Below, one piece after another: positions 19,774 through 29,540 of a DNA stretch of 64,000 nt; position 1 is the stretch's first letter; each line of letters starts with the position of its first letter. Position numbers and translations under genes: made by a program. The notes beneath the pieces were generated by a model. That model was not told the origin of the DNA, made no database searches, and saw only the letters and a program-made list of their open reading frames with translations. Source of the stretch: Nitrospirota bacterium (lineage in GTDB: Bacteria; Nitrospirota; Thermodesulfovibrionia; UBA6902); assembly GCA_016213945.1 (NCBI GenBank), contig JACQZF010000001.1:5831-69830 (forward strand). Direction: 5' to 3'.

Positions 19774-20977
19774 AAGAAGAGTTGTCGTGACAGGACTGGG
19801 TGTGATTTCATCGGTAGGAACCGGCAAAGAAGAATTTTGGAGAGCGATGGTAAGCGGTAAGTCGGGTATAAGCAAAGTCGCTTCTTTCGATACATCTGAA
19901 TTCAGGTGTCATTACGGAGGCGAAATAAGGAATTTCAATCCGGAGGATTTTATTCCCAAGAGAAGAGTGAAATTTTTTGGACGGACCTCACAGTTGGCGA
20001 TAGCCGCTGCCTCCATGGCGTTAAAAGACGCTAAATTATCTGCAAAAGACCTCAATCAAAAAAGGACCGGCGTTATTATCGGAACAACAATGGGTGAAAA
20101 ACCTTTGGAGGAATCTGTTGATGAGTGGGTCATGAAGGGCGCAGATAAAGTAAGCAAGATAAAAATATTACAGTCTTCCGCTAATAATATTCCCGCCAAT
20201 ATTTCAATTTACTTGAAAATACAGGGTCCCAATTACCTTATTCCTACAGCATGTGCAGCCGGTAACTACGCTATTGGTTATGGATTTGATTTAATAAGAA
20301 AAGGAGATTTGGATTGCATAATCGTAGGAGGGGCGGATGCGTTTTCAAAACTTGCATTTGGTGGCTTTCAAAGGATATACGCAATGGCGCCGGAGAAATG
20401 TCAGCCTTTTGATAAGAACAGAAGGGGCATGCTGGTTGGCGAAGGCGCCGGGATACTTTTCCTTGAAACGATGGAGTCTGCGCTCAATAGAGACGCGGCC
20501 ATCTATGCCGAGATCGCGGGTTACGGGCTTAGTTGTGATGCTTACCATATGACAGCCTCAGATTCCGATGGAATTGAGAAAGTTATGTTGAAAGCGCTCA
20601 AAGATGCGGAATTGCAAAAAGAAGAAGTTGATTACATCTGTGCTCATGGAACCGGGACTCAGGGGAATGATAAGAATGAATGTGCAGCGATCAAGAAGGT
20701 CTTTAAAGAGCATTATAAAACGATTCCAGTCAATTCAATCAAATCTATGCTCGGTCATCCGATGGGAGCTGCTTCAGCGATCGAAGCTGTTTCATGCTGT
20801 CTTACAGTTAAGGAGAATATTATTCCTCCGACTATAAATTATGAAACAGTTGATATAAATTGCGATATAGACTGTGTTCCCAATAAAGCAAGAGTAAAGA
20901 GGGTGAATATAGCTTTGAATAACGGGTTTGCATTTGGAGGGAATAATTCTTGTTTGGTGATTAGGAAGTTTCATTGA
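19766..20977 (+). CDS. Beta-ketoacyl-ACP synthase (catalytically intact KS)
   Basis: Active-site Cys in TACAAGNYAIGYG, His in CAHGTGTQ, second His in SMLGHPMGAAS. Start moved to MNRRRVVVTGLGV at 19766, which overlaps the FabZ stop. Confidence 0.8.
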   Translation: MNRRRVVVTGLGVISSVGTGKEEFWRAMVSGKSGISKVASFDTSEFRCHYGGEIRNFNPEDFIPKRRVKFFGRTSQLAIAAASMALKDAKLSAKDLNQKRTGVIIGTTMGEKPLEESVDEWVMKGADKVSKIKILQSSANNIPANISIYLKIQGPNYLIPTACAAGNYAIGYGFDLIRKGDLDCIIVGGADAFSKLAFGGFQRIYAMAPEKCQPFDKNRRGMLVGEGAGILFLETMESALNRDAAIYAEIAGYGLSCDAYHMTASDSDGIEKVMLKALKDAELQKEEVDYICAHGTGTQGNDKNECAAIKKVFKEHYKTIPVNSIKSMLGHPMGAASAIEAVSCCLTVKENIIPPTINYETVDINCDIDCVPNKARVKRVNIALNNGFAFGGNNSCLVIRKFH

Positions 20978-20987
20978 TAATTAAAAT

Positions 20988-22283
20988 ATGATACAAAAAC
21001 GAAGAGTAGCTATCACGGGAATTGGTCCTCTTGCTTCGACAGGAGCAGGCAAAGATGCCTTTTGGGAAGGCATCATAAGCAAAAAACTCGGCCTGACATT
21101 AGAAGAAATTCATATTGATGGAGAATTATGGGACAAATTTTATTTTCATAAGATGGCAGATTTTGATGTTTCGATGTGCGGGGTCGATAAGGATATAATT
21201 GAGGACATCCGGATATGGAAAAACGGAGATGAGGATAAAGACCTTCTCTATTTGCTGGCTGCTATTGGATTGGCTTTAGATGATAGTAATATTGCTTACG
21301 ATAAAGAGTATAACAATATAGGGTTGTTCTTAACATCCGAGCATCCTGGTTTTGAACCTTTCTGTGAATCAATAATAAAAGAAGCCATAGCATTTCTTGA
21401 GAATAATAAATCTTCCAAACATACAATATTCAGACAGGTGTTCGAGCGTTTCTCAAAAAAGGGCTACGATCTTCAGGGTTTCATGTACCTTTTTTTTGCA
21501 GCTAAAGCATTTGGAATCCACGGGTACTCCCTTTATACAAACAATGCATGCGCATCCGGCTTATATGCGCTTGAATCCGCAGCAAGACAAATTAGATATG
21601 GTGAGAGTGATATTGCTATCCTTGCCGGAGGGGATGTATCCAATACCATGTTTAAGCACCTATGGTTTAAAGAACAAGGGCTTTATGCAGAGGATGGAAG
21701 AATAAAGCCTTTTTCTAAAAATGCCGATGGCATAGTTCTCGGAGACGGGGCTGCTGCGCTGGTGCTGGAAGATATGGAGCACGCTTTAGACAGGAATGCC
21801 CATATATATGCGGAATATCTTGGAGGAGGGTTCTCTCTTGAAGGATGGAAGGTGACAGTGCCTATGATGGGAAGTTTGTCATATCAAAATGCCATAAACA
21901 GCTCATTAAAGCAAGCTGCTATAGGCACTGAAGATATTGATTTGATAGTCCCTCATGGAGTGGCGCTTAAAGTTACCGATGGATATGAAGCAAAAGCAAT
22001 GACGGATATTTTTGGCAAGAATTGTCAAAGACCGCTTGTTACAGCATTGAAGCCATTTGTCGGCCATAATCTTGGCGGCAGCGCAATTATAGAAAGCATT
22101 ATTCTTTTATTGTCGATGGAAAAAAACACGATACTTCCAACATTGAACTGTAATGAATTTGAAGAAAAATATCAGTTTAACTTGGTGAATGAACTGACAA
22201 CATCCCCCCTAAATACAGCGATGAAACTGTCCTGCGGTTTTGCAGGATACAATGCAGCGGCGATATTCAAAAAGGTAGTCTGA
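20988..22283 (+). CDS. Divergent beta-ketoacyl-ACP synthase (third KS paralog, catalytic residues present)
   Basis: Cys in NNACASGLYALE, His in VPHGVAL, His in FVGHNLGGSA. N-terminal VAITGIGPLA thiolase motif. Confidence 0.65.
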   Translation: MIQKRRVAITGIGPLASTGAGKDAFWEGIISKKLGLTLEEIHIDGELWDKFYFHKMADFDVSMCGVDKDIIEDIRIWKNGDEDKDLLYLLAAIGLALDDSNIAYDKEYNNIGLFLTSEHPGFEPFCESIIKEAIAFLENNKSSKHTIFRQVFERFSKKGYDLQGFMYLFFAAKAFGIHGYSLYTNNACASGLYALESAARQIRYGESDIAILAGGDVSNTMFKHLWFKEQGLYAEDGRIKPFSKNADGIVLGDGAAALVLEDMEHALDRNAHIYAEYLGGGFSLEGWKVTVPMMGSLSYQNAINSSLKQAAIGTEDIDLIVPHGVALKVTDGYEAKAMTDIFGKNCQRPLVTALKPFVGHNLGGSAIIESIILLLSMEKNTILPTLNCNEFEEKYQFNLVNELTTSPLNTAMKLSCGFAGYNAAAIFKKVV

Positions 22284-22505
22284 AACGTGACAGGAAAATA
22301 TGATTAGGACGCAATAGTTATAGGAAAATAGAACTTGGAAAGGCACAGCTCTCGGGGTAGGCCTCTACTGTAATGCAGATAGATAAAAATTTTTTTCCAA
22401 ACAAAACCGTCATAAGCTGTTTGTTGGCAGAATGCACCTGAACTTGTGAGAAGACATTTTAATAATTAAACATAATTTATTGATAATGGATAATATATCG
22501 AGAAA

Positions 22506-24617
22506 ATGAACATAGCAAATTTGTTTTCAATTAGCGGATTTTTATTAGGTCTGACAGGCACTGTATTAACAATTGTCATTTTCAGGCTCAGAAAATCCAA
22601 ATTGCATTATCTGTGGATGTTGTTTAATATCGCCGTAGCTCTTTGGGGTTGGGGTGCTTTTTTTATAGGGAGGACGTCTAATGGGCCCGATGCATTAGTA
22701 CTGTGGAGAATCAGTTATGTTCCAATATTATTTATTAGTGTATTTTTCTTTCATACTGTATATGAATTTTGCAACCTTTCGTCGAGTAAGCTATTAATCT
22801 TCGCTTATGCTCAAGGGATACTATCCAGCATCTTGAGTATTTTTACCGATCTATCTATTTCAAATACATATTTAATATATGACAATCTCCATTATGCTTA
22901 TGTTAAGAGTTTTTGGGGTAAGCTTTCATTTGTTATATGGATGGGACTTGTAGCTTATGGAATTTATCAACTATTCAGGAACTACGTTGAATACAAGGGA
23001 CACAAAAAGCTTCAAACTTTATATTTTCTTGTAGCTATTATAGTAGGATTCTCAAGCGGTTTAACAAATTTCATCCCGTACTTCGGCATTAAAATTTATC
23101 CGATAGGGAATATAGGTATTGTTATCTACTGTATCATCGTTTCTTATGCCATTTTCCGTTATCGACTTATGGATATAAGCCTTGTCTTTAAGAAAAGCAT
23201 GGCTTACTCGCTTTCCGCCGGGCTTTTAATGGCTCTTTTTGTCGTTCTTGTTATAACGATAACAAATCTTTTCTCTGCTTTCACAAATGTGAGTTCATTT
23301 AAGATCAGCATCTTTGCCTCCATTGTAATAGCCCTGCTCTTTAATCCTCTCAGAAACAGGATCCAGAAACTGATTGATAAAATGTTCTACAAAAAGTCTT
23401 ATGATTATTTTGCCACTGTGCGGAAAGTCAGTCATGAGCTTGCCTCCACATTTGAATGCGGAAAAATATACGATTTTGTCGGAGGCACGATTTATTCCAC
23501 ATTAGGAATAAAAAACATTTCCATCATGGCTGCCATGCATGGCGGGGCCTATGATATTGTTTATCATTCATCACTCAAAAAGGACAAGACCAGAAAAAAA
23601 CCCGACCTTGAAAAAGAGGAAGAAATAAAAATAAACAAATATCCCGGGCTCGCTAAATTTTTCAGGACATCGGACGACGTCCTGATAAGGGAAGAGTTGC
23701 CGGCATTTGAAAAAAAACACGGGCTGGACGTGATAGAGCGTGTTAATAAAGACCTCGACATACTGCACGGCGACGCCGCAGTCCCGGTATTTGTTGATCA
23801 CAAGCTGGCGCTCCTGGTAATACTCGGGACGAAACTGTCCGGCGATATGTTTACCAATGAAGATATAGACTTATTAAAGACGATCTCTAACCAGACTGCA
23901 ATTGCGCTTAAGAATGCCAGGCTTTATCAGGACAAGGTCAACTCCGCGAGGCTCGCGTCCATAGGCATGATGTCAGCGACCTTTGCACATGAAATACGCA
24001 ACCCTCTAACGTCGCTGAAGACCTTTGCGCAGTTAATGCCGGAGAAATATAACGATACCGAGTTCAGGGACACCTTCTCGAAAATTGTTGTCGGGGAGAT
24101 TGAAAAGATAGACGGGCTTATCAGCGACCTGCTTGATTTTTCATCCAGGAAAAAATCCACCCGCATGAATAACTTCGATCTCGCGGAGCTTGTAGATGAG
24201 GTGGTTGAATACGTAAAGGGCAAACTTGATTTTGAAAAGTCAAAGATTGTTGTTGAAAAGAATTTTAACGGGAATGCGATCAGTATGTCGGGAGACGCCG
24301 TAAAGCTGAAGCAGGCTTTCGGCAACATAATATTAAACGGCTGCCAGGCCATGCACGGCGAAGGGGTCCTCCGGGTTGATATAAAAAACAGCAGCAGGTT
24401 TGTTGACGTAACTGTCGAAGACACGGGAGAAGGCATTCATCCCGAAGACCTCCCAAAGATATTCGACCCTTTTGTAACAACAAAGGAGATGGGAGTCGGC
24501 CTGGGGCTTGCGATCAGTAAAAGGATTGTGGAAGATCATAACGGTAAAATACATGTCAGAAGCCAGTTGGCAAAAGGCACCGCCTTTACTATTTCCCTGC
24601 CTGTACAGAATGAGTAA
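22506..24617 (+). CDS. Sensor histidine kinase with N-terminal multi-TM (7TM-type) sensor
   Basis: About 300 aa polytopic membrane N-terminus. Central GAF-like region. HisKA H-box FAHEIRNPLTSL. HATPase_c N/G boxes (ILNGCQAM; TGEGIHPEDLPKIFDPF; GVGLGLAI). Confidence 0.8.
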   Translation: MNIANLFSISGFLLGLTGTVLTIVIFRLRKSKLHYLWMLFNIAVALWGWGAFFIGRTSNGPDALVLWRISYVPILFISVFFFHTVYEFCNLSSSKLLIFAYAQGILSSILSIFTDLSISNTYLIYDNLHYAYVKSFWGKLSFVIWMGLVAYGIYQLFRNYVEYKGHKKLQTLYFLVAIIVGFSSGLTNFIPYFGIKIYPIGNIGIVIYCIIVSYAIFRYRLMDISLVFKKSMAYSLSAGLLMALFVVLVITITNLFSAFTNVSSFKISIFASIVIALLFNPLRNRIQKLIDKMFYKKSYDYFATVRKVSHELASTFECGKIYDFVGGTIYSTLGIKNISIMAAMHGGAYDIVYHSSLKKDKTRKKPDLEKEEEIKINKYPGLAKFFRTSDDVLIREELPAFEKKHGLDVIERVNKDLDILHGDAAVPVFVDHKLALLVILGTKLSGDMFTNEDIDLLKTISNQTAIALKNARLYQDKVNSARLASIGMMSATFAHEIRNPLTSLKTFAQLMPEKYNDTEFRDTFSKIVVGEIEKIDGLISDLLDFSSRKKSTRMNNFDLAELVDEVVEYVKGKLDFEKSKIVVEKNFNGNAISMSGDAVKLKQAFGNIILNGCQAMHGEGVLRVDIKNSSRFVDVTVEDTGEGIHPEDLPKIFDPFVTTKEMGVGLGLAISKRIVEDHNGKIHVRSQLAKGTAFTISLPVQNE

Positions 24618-24679
24618 GATGCGTTTATAATAGTAAAGTTTTTTAGTTTATTTATTTAGCATCTTGTTATAATTATTTT

Positions 24680-24711
24680 CCAGCCATTCCCACGGAAGTG
24701 GGAACGGCTGG
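24680..24711. terminator. Putative terminator hairpin downstream of the histidine kinase
   Basis: CCAGCCATTCCCAC-ggaa-GTGGGAACGGCTGG (one mismatch), T-run before and A-run after. Confidence 0.4.
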
Positions 24712-24780
24712 AAATAAAAAAATAGATTCCTGCCGGGGTTTCCGAATTTTGATACGAGCAGGGATGAAAACATTTAATTT

Positions 24781-26835
24781 TTGAAAGGGCAACAGGTGGA
24801 ACTTTTAGCTTTATTAAGCGGTAGAGACGCTTTTGTTATACCTCATGTTAAGAACGCTTTAAAACAGTACACCGTTTATCCCCTGAAGACTGTGGAAGAG
24901 CTTGAGGATTTATACGGCAATATACCGCTCAATCTGCTTCTTATTGACACGGTATCTCACAAGCTGTCTGCCCTTGGGGAATTCTTAGGTAAACTGGATA
25001 GTGACAGGGTAGTGCTTATCGCACATGAAAAACTTGATAAATACACAAAGGAACAGCTTCCGCGAAGTGTATTTGACTCCATTGATGACGGTTCAATAAA
25101 AACCGAGCTTCCCGCGATAGTTGAACGGGCACTGGAAAGACAGAGATTCAGGAACGAATTGGGTTTATTAAAACAATCCAGGGACATAGTCTCTCCAGCG
25201 CATATGCAGATCTATAATAAGCATGAGTCTGAGGTGTTTTCAGGCCGTTATGATCCTGTCCCGAGCGGGAGATATGTCCACGAAAAAGTCATTGTCAATT
25301 TCGCCAAGATGCTGACGGCAAGCTTTGACATGCGAAAGCTCTTTAACCACTTTATTGATTCTGTCATGGAAATCGCCCGGGTAAGCAAGATGTCCATTAT
25401 GCTCAAAGACAAAGATGTCTTTCATGTCAAAACTCATTACGGGCTGGACCCTTATTTAGCCGACAACCTGCAGCTCAGGAAGGACAGCGCGCTCGCGTCC
25501 TGGCTTGCAAAGACAGGGCGTATAATGAGCAAGCCGGTCAATTTTTTCGATACGGAGTCGGTCAGTATCAAAAGCGACATGGAAATCCTGCAGTGCTCCG
25601 TTTCTTTTCCCATGATCCACAAAGGGAAATTAATAGGGATTTTCAATATTGACAATAAAATTACCGAGGAGCCTTTTTACAGGGAAGAACTGGAAATAAT
25701 TTATGTGCTCTGCAATTATCTCGCAGCCGCAATCAAAGACATCGACCTTTATCACCACATGTGGTATCAGAAGGAATTCACCAATAATATAATATCAAGC
25801 ATGAGCAGCGGCATGATCGCAATTGATAAAGACGAGAAGATAACCGTTTTCAATCAACAGGCCGCCGATATCCTGAGCCTGCATCCTTCGGACATGATAG
25901 CCAGGGACCTGAGGGCGCTGCCGTCGCCGCTTGGAGATATCCTGTATGAAACCTTGTCGGGAGGGAAGTCGTACAGGCGTTATGAGGCAGTTATCAATCC
26001 CGCAAGAATCCCCGTCGGAATAAACAGTTACAGGCTCATCGATGAACAGCAAAATCCCGTAGGGGCCGGAATTGTATTCTCCGATCTTTCCGATTCCAAG
26101 AAATTAGAGGAGCAGAAAAGCAGGGCTGATAAGCTCAAGGCGGTCAATGACCTGATTGCAAAAATAGCCCATGAGGTGAGAAATCCCCTGACCTCAATAC
26201 AAACCTACACTCAACTGCTCAACGAAAAGCATGAAGATGACGAGTTGCATAACTTTTATATCTCTTCCGTAAGTCAGTCAATCAACCGGCTGGATAAATT
26301 AATTGATAAACTCATAACCTTCTCAAGCACGCAGGATTACAACCTGAAAAAGGAAGACATAAACGACCTAATAAATGACGCTGCGGACTTTATTTCCAGG
26401 AATTTGCCGCAAACCCATAAACTCTCGAAGAACCTGACCGATAAAGCTTTTTACATAAATGCCGATAAGAGACAAGCAGTAAAGGCAATTTATTATCTTG
26501 TGCAAAGTATTATTGACAGGACGCCGGACGGAGCGCTAATCATGATTAATGCCCGCATAATAATGCAGGATTCTTTCTCCGCAGAAATAACGATAATGTA
26601 TGAAGGGGACAAGCTCGTCGAAGAAGAGCAAAACCTGTCAAAACCTCTGTTTGACATTGACAATCTCGATACAGAGCTGAATGTTCCTATAAGCCGCAAA
26701 ATCATTGAAGGCCACGCCGGAAGCCTGGATATAAAGAGCAAGGAAGGGATAAATACCTTTATTATTTCTTTGCCGGTTCTCGACAGGAGGGGCTCTGCAG
26801 TTTCATTTAAAGGAGGTTACGTTAATGAACAATAG
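24781..26835 (+). CDS. Sensor histidine kinase with GAF and PAS domains (cytoplasmic)
   Basis: H-box AHEVRNPLTSIQTY. C-terminal ATPase region ending ...GHAGSLDIKSKEGINTFIISLPV. GAF- and PAS-like middle domains. TTG start used by the track, so the 5' end is uncertain. Confidence 0.7.
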   Translation: MKGQQVELLALLSGRDAFVIPHVKNALKQYTVYPLKTVEELEDLYGNIPLNLLLIDTVSHKLSALGEFLGKLDSDRVVLIAHEKLDKYTKEQLPRSVFDSIDDGSIKTELPAIVERALERQRFRNELGLLKQSRDIVSPAHMQIYNKHESEVFSGRYDPVPSGRYVHEKVIVNFAKMLTASFDMRKLFNHFIDSVMEIARVSKMSIMLKDKDVFHVKTHYGLDPYLADNLQLRKDSALASWLAKTGRIMSKPVNFFDTESVSIKSDMEILQCSVSFPMIHKGKLIGIFNIDNKITEEPFYREELEIIYVLCNYLAAAIKDIDLYHHMWYQKEFTNNIISSMSSGMIAIDKDEKITVFNQQAADILSLHPSDMIARDLRALPSPLGDILYETLSGGKSYRRYEAVINPARIPVGINSYRLIDEQQNPVGAGIVFSDLSDSKKLEEQKSRADKLKAVNDLIAKIAHEVRNPLTSIQTYTQLLNEKHEDDELHNFYISSVSQSINRLDKLIDKLITFSSTQDYNLKKEDINDLINDAADFISRNLPQTHKLSKNLTDKAFYINADKRQAVKAIYYLVQSIIDRTPDGALIMINARIIMQDSFSAEITIMYEGDKLVEEEQNLSKPLFDIDNLDTELNVPISRKIIEGHAGSLDIKSKEGINTFIISLPVLDRRGSAVSFKGGYVNEQ

Positions 26836-27847
26836 CGAAAGAATACTTGTCATTGACGACGAACTCGCACCGAGGGAGTCGATACGAATGGTGCTTAAGG
26901 ACAAGTATGCGGTATCCACTGCCTCGGGAGCGCTTGAGGGATTAAGCATGATGTCGGAAAATTCCGTAGACCTCGTTGTGATGGACATAAAGATGCCGAA
27001 GATGGACGGCATAACCGCATTGCAGGAGATAAAGAAAAAGCATCCGGATACCGAGGTGATCCTTCTGACGGCGTATGCAAGTCTTGAAACGGCAAGGGAT
27101 GCCATACGCTTTGGCGCCTTTGACTACCTGTTAAAGCCATTTGACAAGGATGACATCCTGATGGTAGTAGAGAAAGGGCTGACTAAAAGGCGTTCAAGCA
27201 CGGGATTGAAAATGGAACGGGACATATTGCTTGACAGGGCTTCATATCTTGAAAAGCAGATAAGCGAAGCAAGGACCAATATCATGATGTGCTATGAAGG
27301 CACTGTCAATGCTTTGATCCTTACAATAGACGCCAAAGACCACTACACTTATAATCACTCAAACCGCGTCGCTAAACTGTCTTCTGCAATGGCTGAAGTG
27401 TTAGGGTCGCCCGAGAAGACAATAAAAGAAATAGAACATGCCGCCTGCATCCACGACATCGGCAAGATCGGCATTGACGAAAACATCCTCAAGAAAAACG
27501 GCCGGCTGACAAGTGACGAATATATGGAAATGAAAAAACATCCGGCCATAGGAGTCAGGATTGTGCAATCAGTGCCTTTTCTTGAAGATGCAATCCCGGT
27601 CATTCAGTATCATCATGAGCGATATGACGGCAAAGGATATCCTGAGGGAATAAAGGGAGATAAGATACCGCTGGCTGCGAGGATAGTTAATGTTGCCGAT
27701 GCTATTGACGCAATGATGTGCGCAAGACCCTACAGGGCCGCTCTCACGGTGGACAATGTGATGAGTGAGTTGACGAATAACGCGGGGACCCAGTTTGATC
27801 CCGCGATAGTTGAAATCATATTAAACGGCAGGGTCACGCTTTTTTAG
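26825..27847 (+). CDS. Response regulator, receiver + HD-GYP domain (c-di-GMP phosphodiesterase type)
   Basis: REC: LVIDDE...DLVVMDIKMPKMDG...LLKPF. HD-GYP: HSNRVAKL, IHDIGKIGI, HHERYDGKGYPEG. Confidence 0.8.
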   Translation: MNNSERILVIDDELAPRESIRMVLKDKYAVSTASGALEGLSMMSENSVDLVVMDIKMPKMDGITALQEIKKKHPDTEVILLTAYASLETARDAIRFGAFDYLLKPFDKDDILMVVEKGLTKRRSSTGLKMERDILLDRASYLEKQISEARTNIMMCYEGTVNALILTIDAKDHYTYNHSNRVAKLSSAMAEVLGSPEKTIKEIEHAACIHDIGKIGIDENILKKNGRLTSDEYMEMKKHPAIGVRIVQSVPFLEDAIPVIQYHHERYDGKGYPEGIKGDKIPLAARIVNVADAIDAMMCARPYRAALTVDNVMSELTNNAGTQFDPAIVEIILNGRVTLF

Positions 27848-27873
27848 ATCTTGCTCTCCGCGTAAGGGTCTTA

Positions 27874-28299
27874 CTAATTAAAAGCTGATTCCCTTGGTCC
27901 TTTCCCTTCCCTGACGCAAAAATTACCGGGCGGTCCGTTTCTGAGCGCTTCTTCTACCATATTCATAAGTCTCTTTTGGTCAAAAGGCTTCATAATAAAA
28001 CCGAACGCTCCGAGGTTTATGCCTTTTCTTATTGTTTCAAGGGCCGCAAATGCGGTCACAAATATTACCCCGATTCCGGGATGCCTTGTCTTTATCTCCT
28101 GCAAAGCGGTTATGCCGTCCATCCTCGGCATATTAATGTCAAGCAGCACCAGGTCAACAGAATTATTTGCCAGATAATCAAAGGCTTCTGCCGCCCCCCC
28201 GGCTGTTGCAACGGAGTACTTGTCTTTCAGGATAAAACTGAGGATTTCTCTTAACGCAAACTCGTCATCGACAATAAGTATTTTTGCTCTTTTCTCCAT
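27874..28299 (-). CDS. Single-domain response regulator (CheY-like receiver)
   Basis: ILIVDDE...DLVLLDINMPRMDGITALQEIK...MKPF. Close paralog of the REC domain of the convergent HD-GYP regulator. Confidence 0.8.
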   Translation of the reverse strand: MEKRAKILIVDDEFALREILSFILKDKYSVATAGGAAEAFDYLANNSVDLVLLDINMPRMDGITALQEIKTRHPGIGVIFVTAFAALETIRKGINLGAFGFIMKPFDQKRLMNMVEEALRNGPPGNFCVREGKGPRESAFN

Positions 28300-28416
28300 A
28301 CCATGTCTCTCTCAATATTCAATAAAATTTTTTTCAGGCTAAATCTTAGTTGGTTGGTTTAATCTAACATTTATTAAACCCGGTGTCACCTGTCCTTTTG
28401 TACAGGTACCTGATGT

Positions 28417-29220
28417 TTATTTCAGTCCAAGGACATCCTGCATATCGTAAAGTCCGGGCGTCTGCTTGTATACCCACAGGGCGGCTTTCAACGCTCCTCT
28501 GGCGAAAGTGTCCCTGCTTGAGGCCTTGTGCGTGATTTCTATCCTTTCACCAGGAGTCCCGAAGATGACCGTATGTTCACCGACAATGTCGCCTGCCCTG
28601 ACCGTCTGAATGCCGATTTCTTTCTTTGTCCTCTCACCTATTAAACCATGCCTTGCGTAAACTGCCGACTCCTCAAGGTTTCTGTCAAGCGCAGACGCGA
28701 TGACCTGGGCCATCTTAATTGCCGTGCCGGAGGGGGCGTCTTTTTTCATCCTGTGATGGGCCTCAACGATTTCAACATCATAGTCATCGCCGGTGACCTT
28801 TGCTATGTCTGCCAGGATTTTCAGAAGAAGATTCACCCCGACGCTCATGTTTGGAGCAAGAACGCACGGGACTTTTTGGGCGTATAAACTTACAAAATCT
28901 AATTCATCCCTGCTGAAGCCCGTTGTGCCGATAACTACAGGCACCGGTTTGTCCGAGAGAGACTTCAGGCATTCTATTGTTGCAGACGTGGAAGAAAAAT
29001 CCACAAGTACGTCAGCCTTCCCGGTGATATTCTTTACGCTGCCGGTGATCTTAATTCCGGAAGCACCAATGCCGATGACCTCCCCGATATCTCTTCCGAG
29101 GTCTTTATGATTTTTATTCTCTAAAGCTCCTGAGATCTTTATGTCCTTGAAATCCCCTGAAAGCGCGATAATGCGGCTGCCCATTCTCCCGGCAGCTCCC
29201 GATACGATCATGTTAATCAT
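28417..29220 (-). CDS. dapB: 4-hydroxy-tetrahydrodipicolinate reductase
   Basis: N-terminal [17 protein letters not shown] Rossmann motif. Conserved [15 protein letters not shown] region. Start moved to the internal ATG, which follows GGAGAACGGAA. Confidence 0.8.
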   Translation of the reverse strand: MINMIVSGAAGRMGSRIIALSGDFKDIKISGALENKNHKDLGRDIGEVIGIGASGIKITGSVKNITGKADVLVDFSSTSATIECLKSLSDKPVPVVIGTTGFSRDELDFVSLYAQKVPCVLAPNMSVGVNLLLKILADIAKVTGDDYDVEIVEAHHRMKKDAPSGTAIKMAQVIASALDRNLEESAVYARHGLIGERTKKEIGIQTVRAGDIVGEHTVIFGTPGERIEITHKASSRDTFARGALKAALWVYKQTPGLYDMQDVLGLK

Positions 29221-29401
29221 TTCCGTTCTCCTTTTCCGAAGGTGTCTGCCCTGCCTCATCGCTGAGCTTGCCCTCAATCCTGTATTCGTCAGAGGCCCAG
29301 GACCCAAGGTCAATGAGCTTGCACTTCTCAGAACAAAAAGGCCTGAAAGGGTTATTCTGCCATTCAGTCCATTTTTTGCAGGTAGGACACTTTACTTTCA
29401 T
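29213..29401 (-). CDS. yacG: DNA gyrase inhibitor YacG-like zinc-binding protein
   Basis: 62 aa; CPTCKK...[20 protein letters not shown] matches the YacG zinc-ribbon signature. Confidence 0.55.
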   Translation of the reverse strand: MKVKCPTCKKWTEWQNNPFRPFCSEKCKLIDLGSWASDEYRIEGKLSDEAGQTPSEKENGND

Positions 29402-29452
29402 ATTTTTAAATCTGGAATATCCTTTAGCTTACTGAAAGGTTACCATATTTCT

Positions 29453-29511
29453 GTCATTCCGACTTGTTCGGAATCGCTCTTCAAGAAGGATTCCCGGCAA
29501 GCGGGAATGAC
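29453..29511. repeat. MITE/REP-like double-hairpin repeat, family R1, copy 2
   Basis: GTCATTCCGACTTGTTCGGAATC ... GATTCCCGGCAAGCGGGAATGAC. Confidence 0.75.
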
Positions 29512-29540
29512 AACAAAAACAAAGATTCAACTGAAACTTT

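Noticed and set aside
24781-25150. Possible N-terminal receiver domain on the GAF/PAS histidine kinase
   Set aside because: The N-terminal about 120 aa has a receiver-like hydrophobic pattern but lacks a clear phospho-acceptor Asp context and uses a TTG start. Not claimed as REC.
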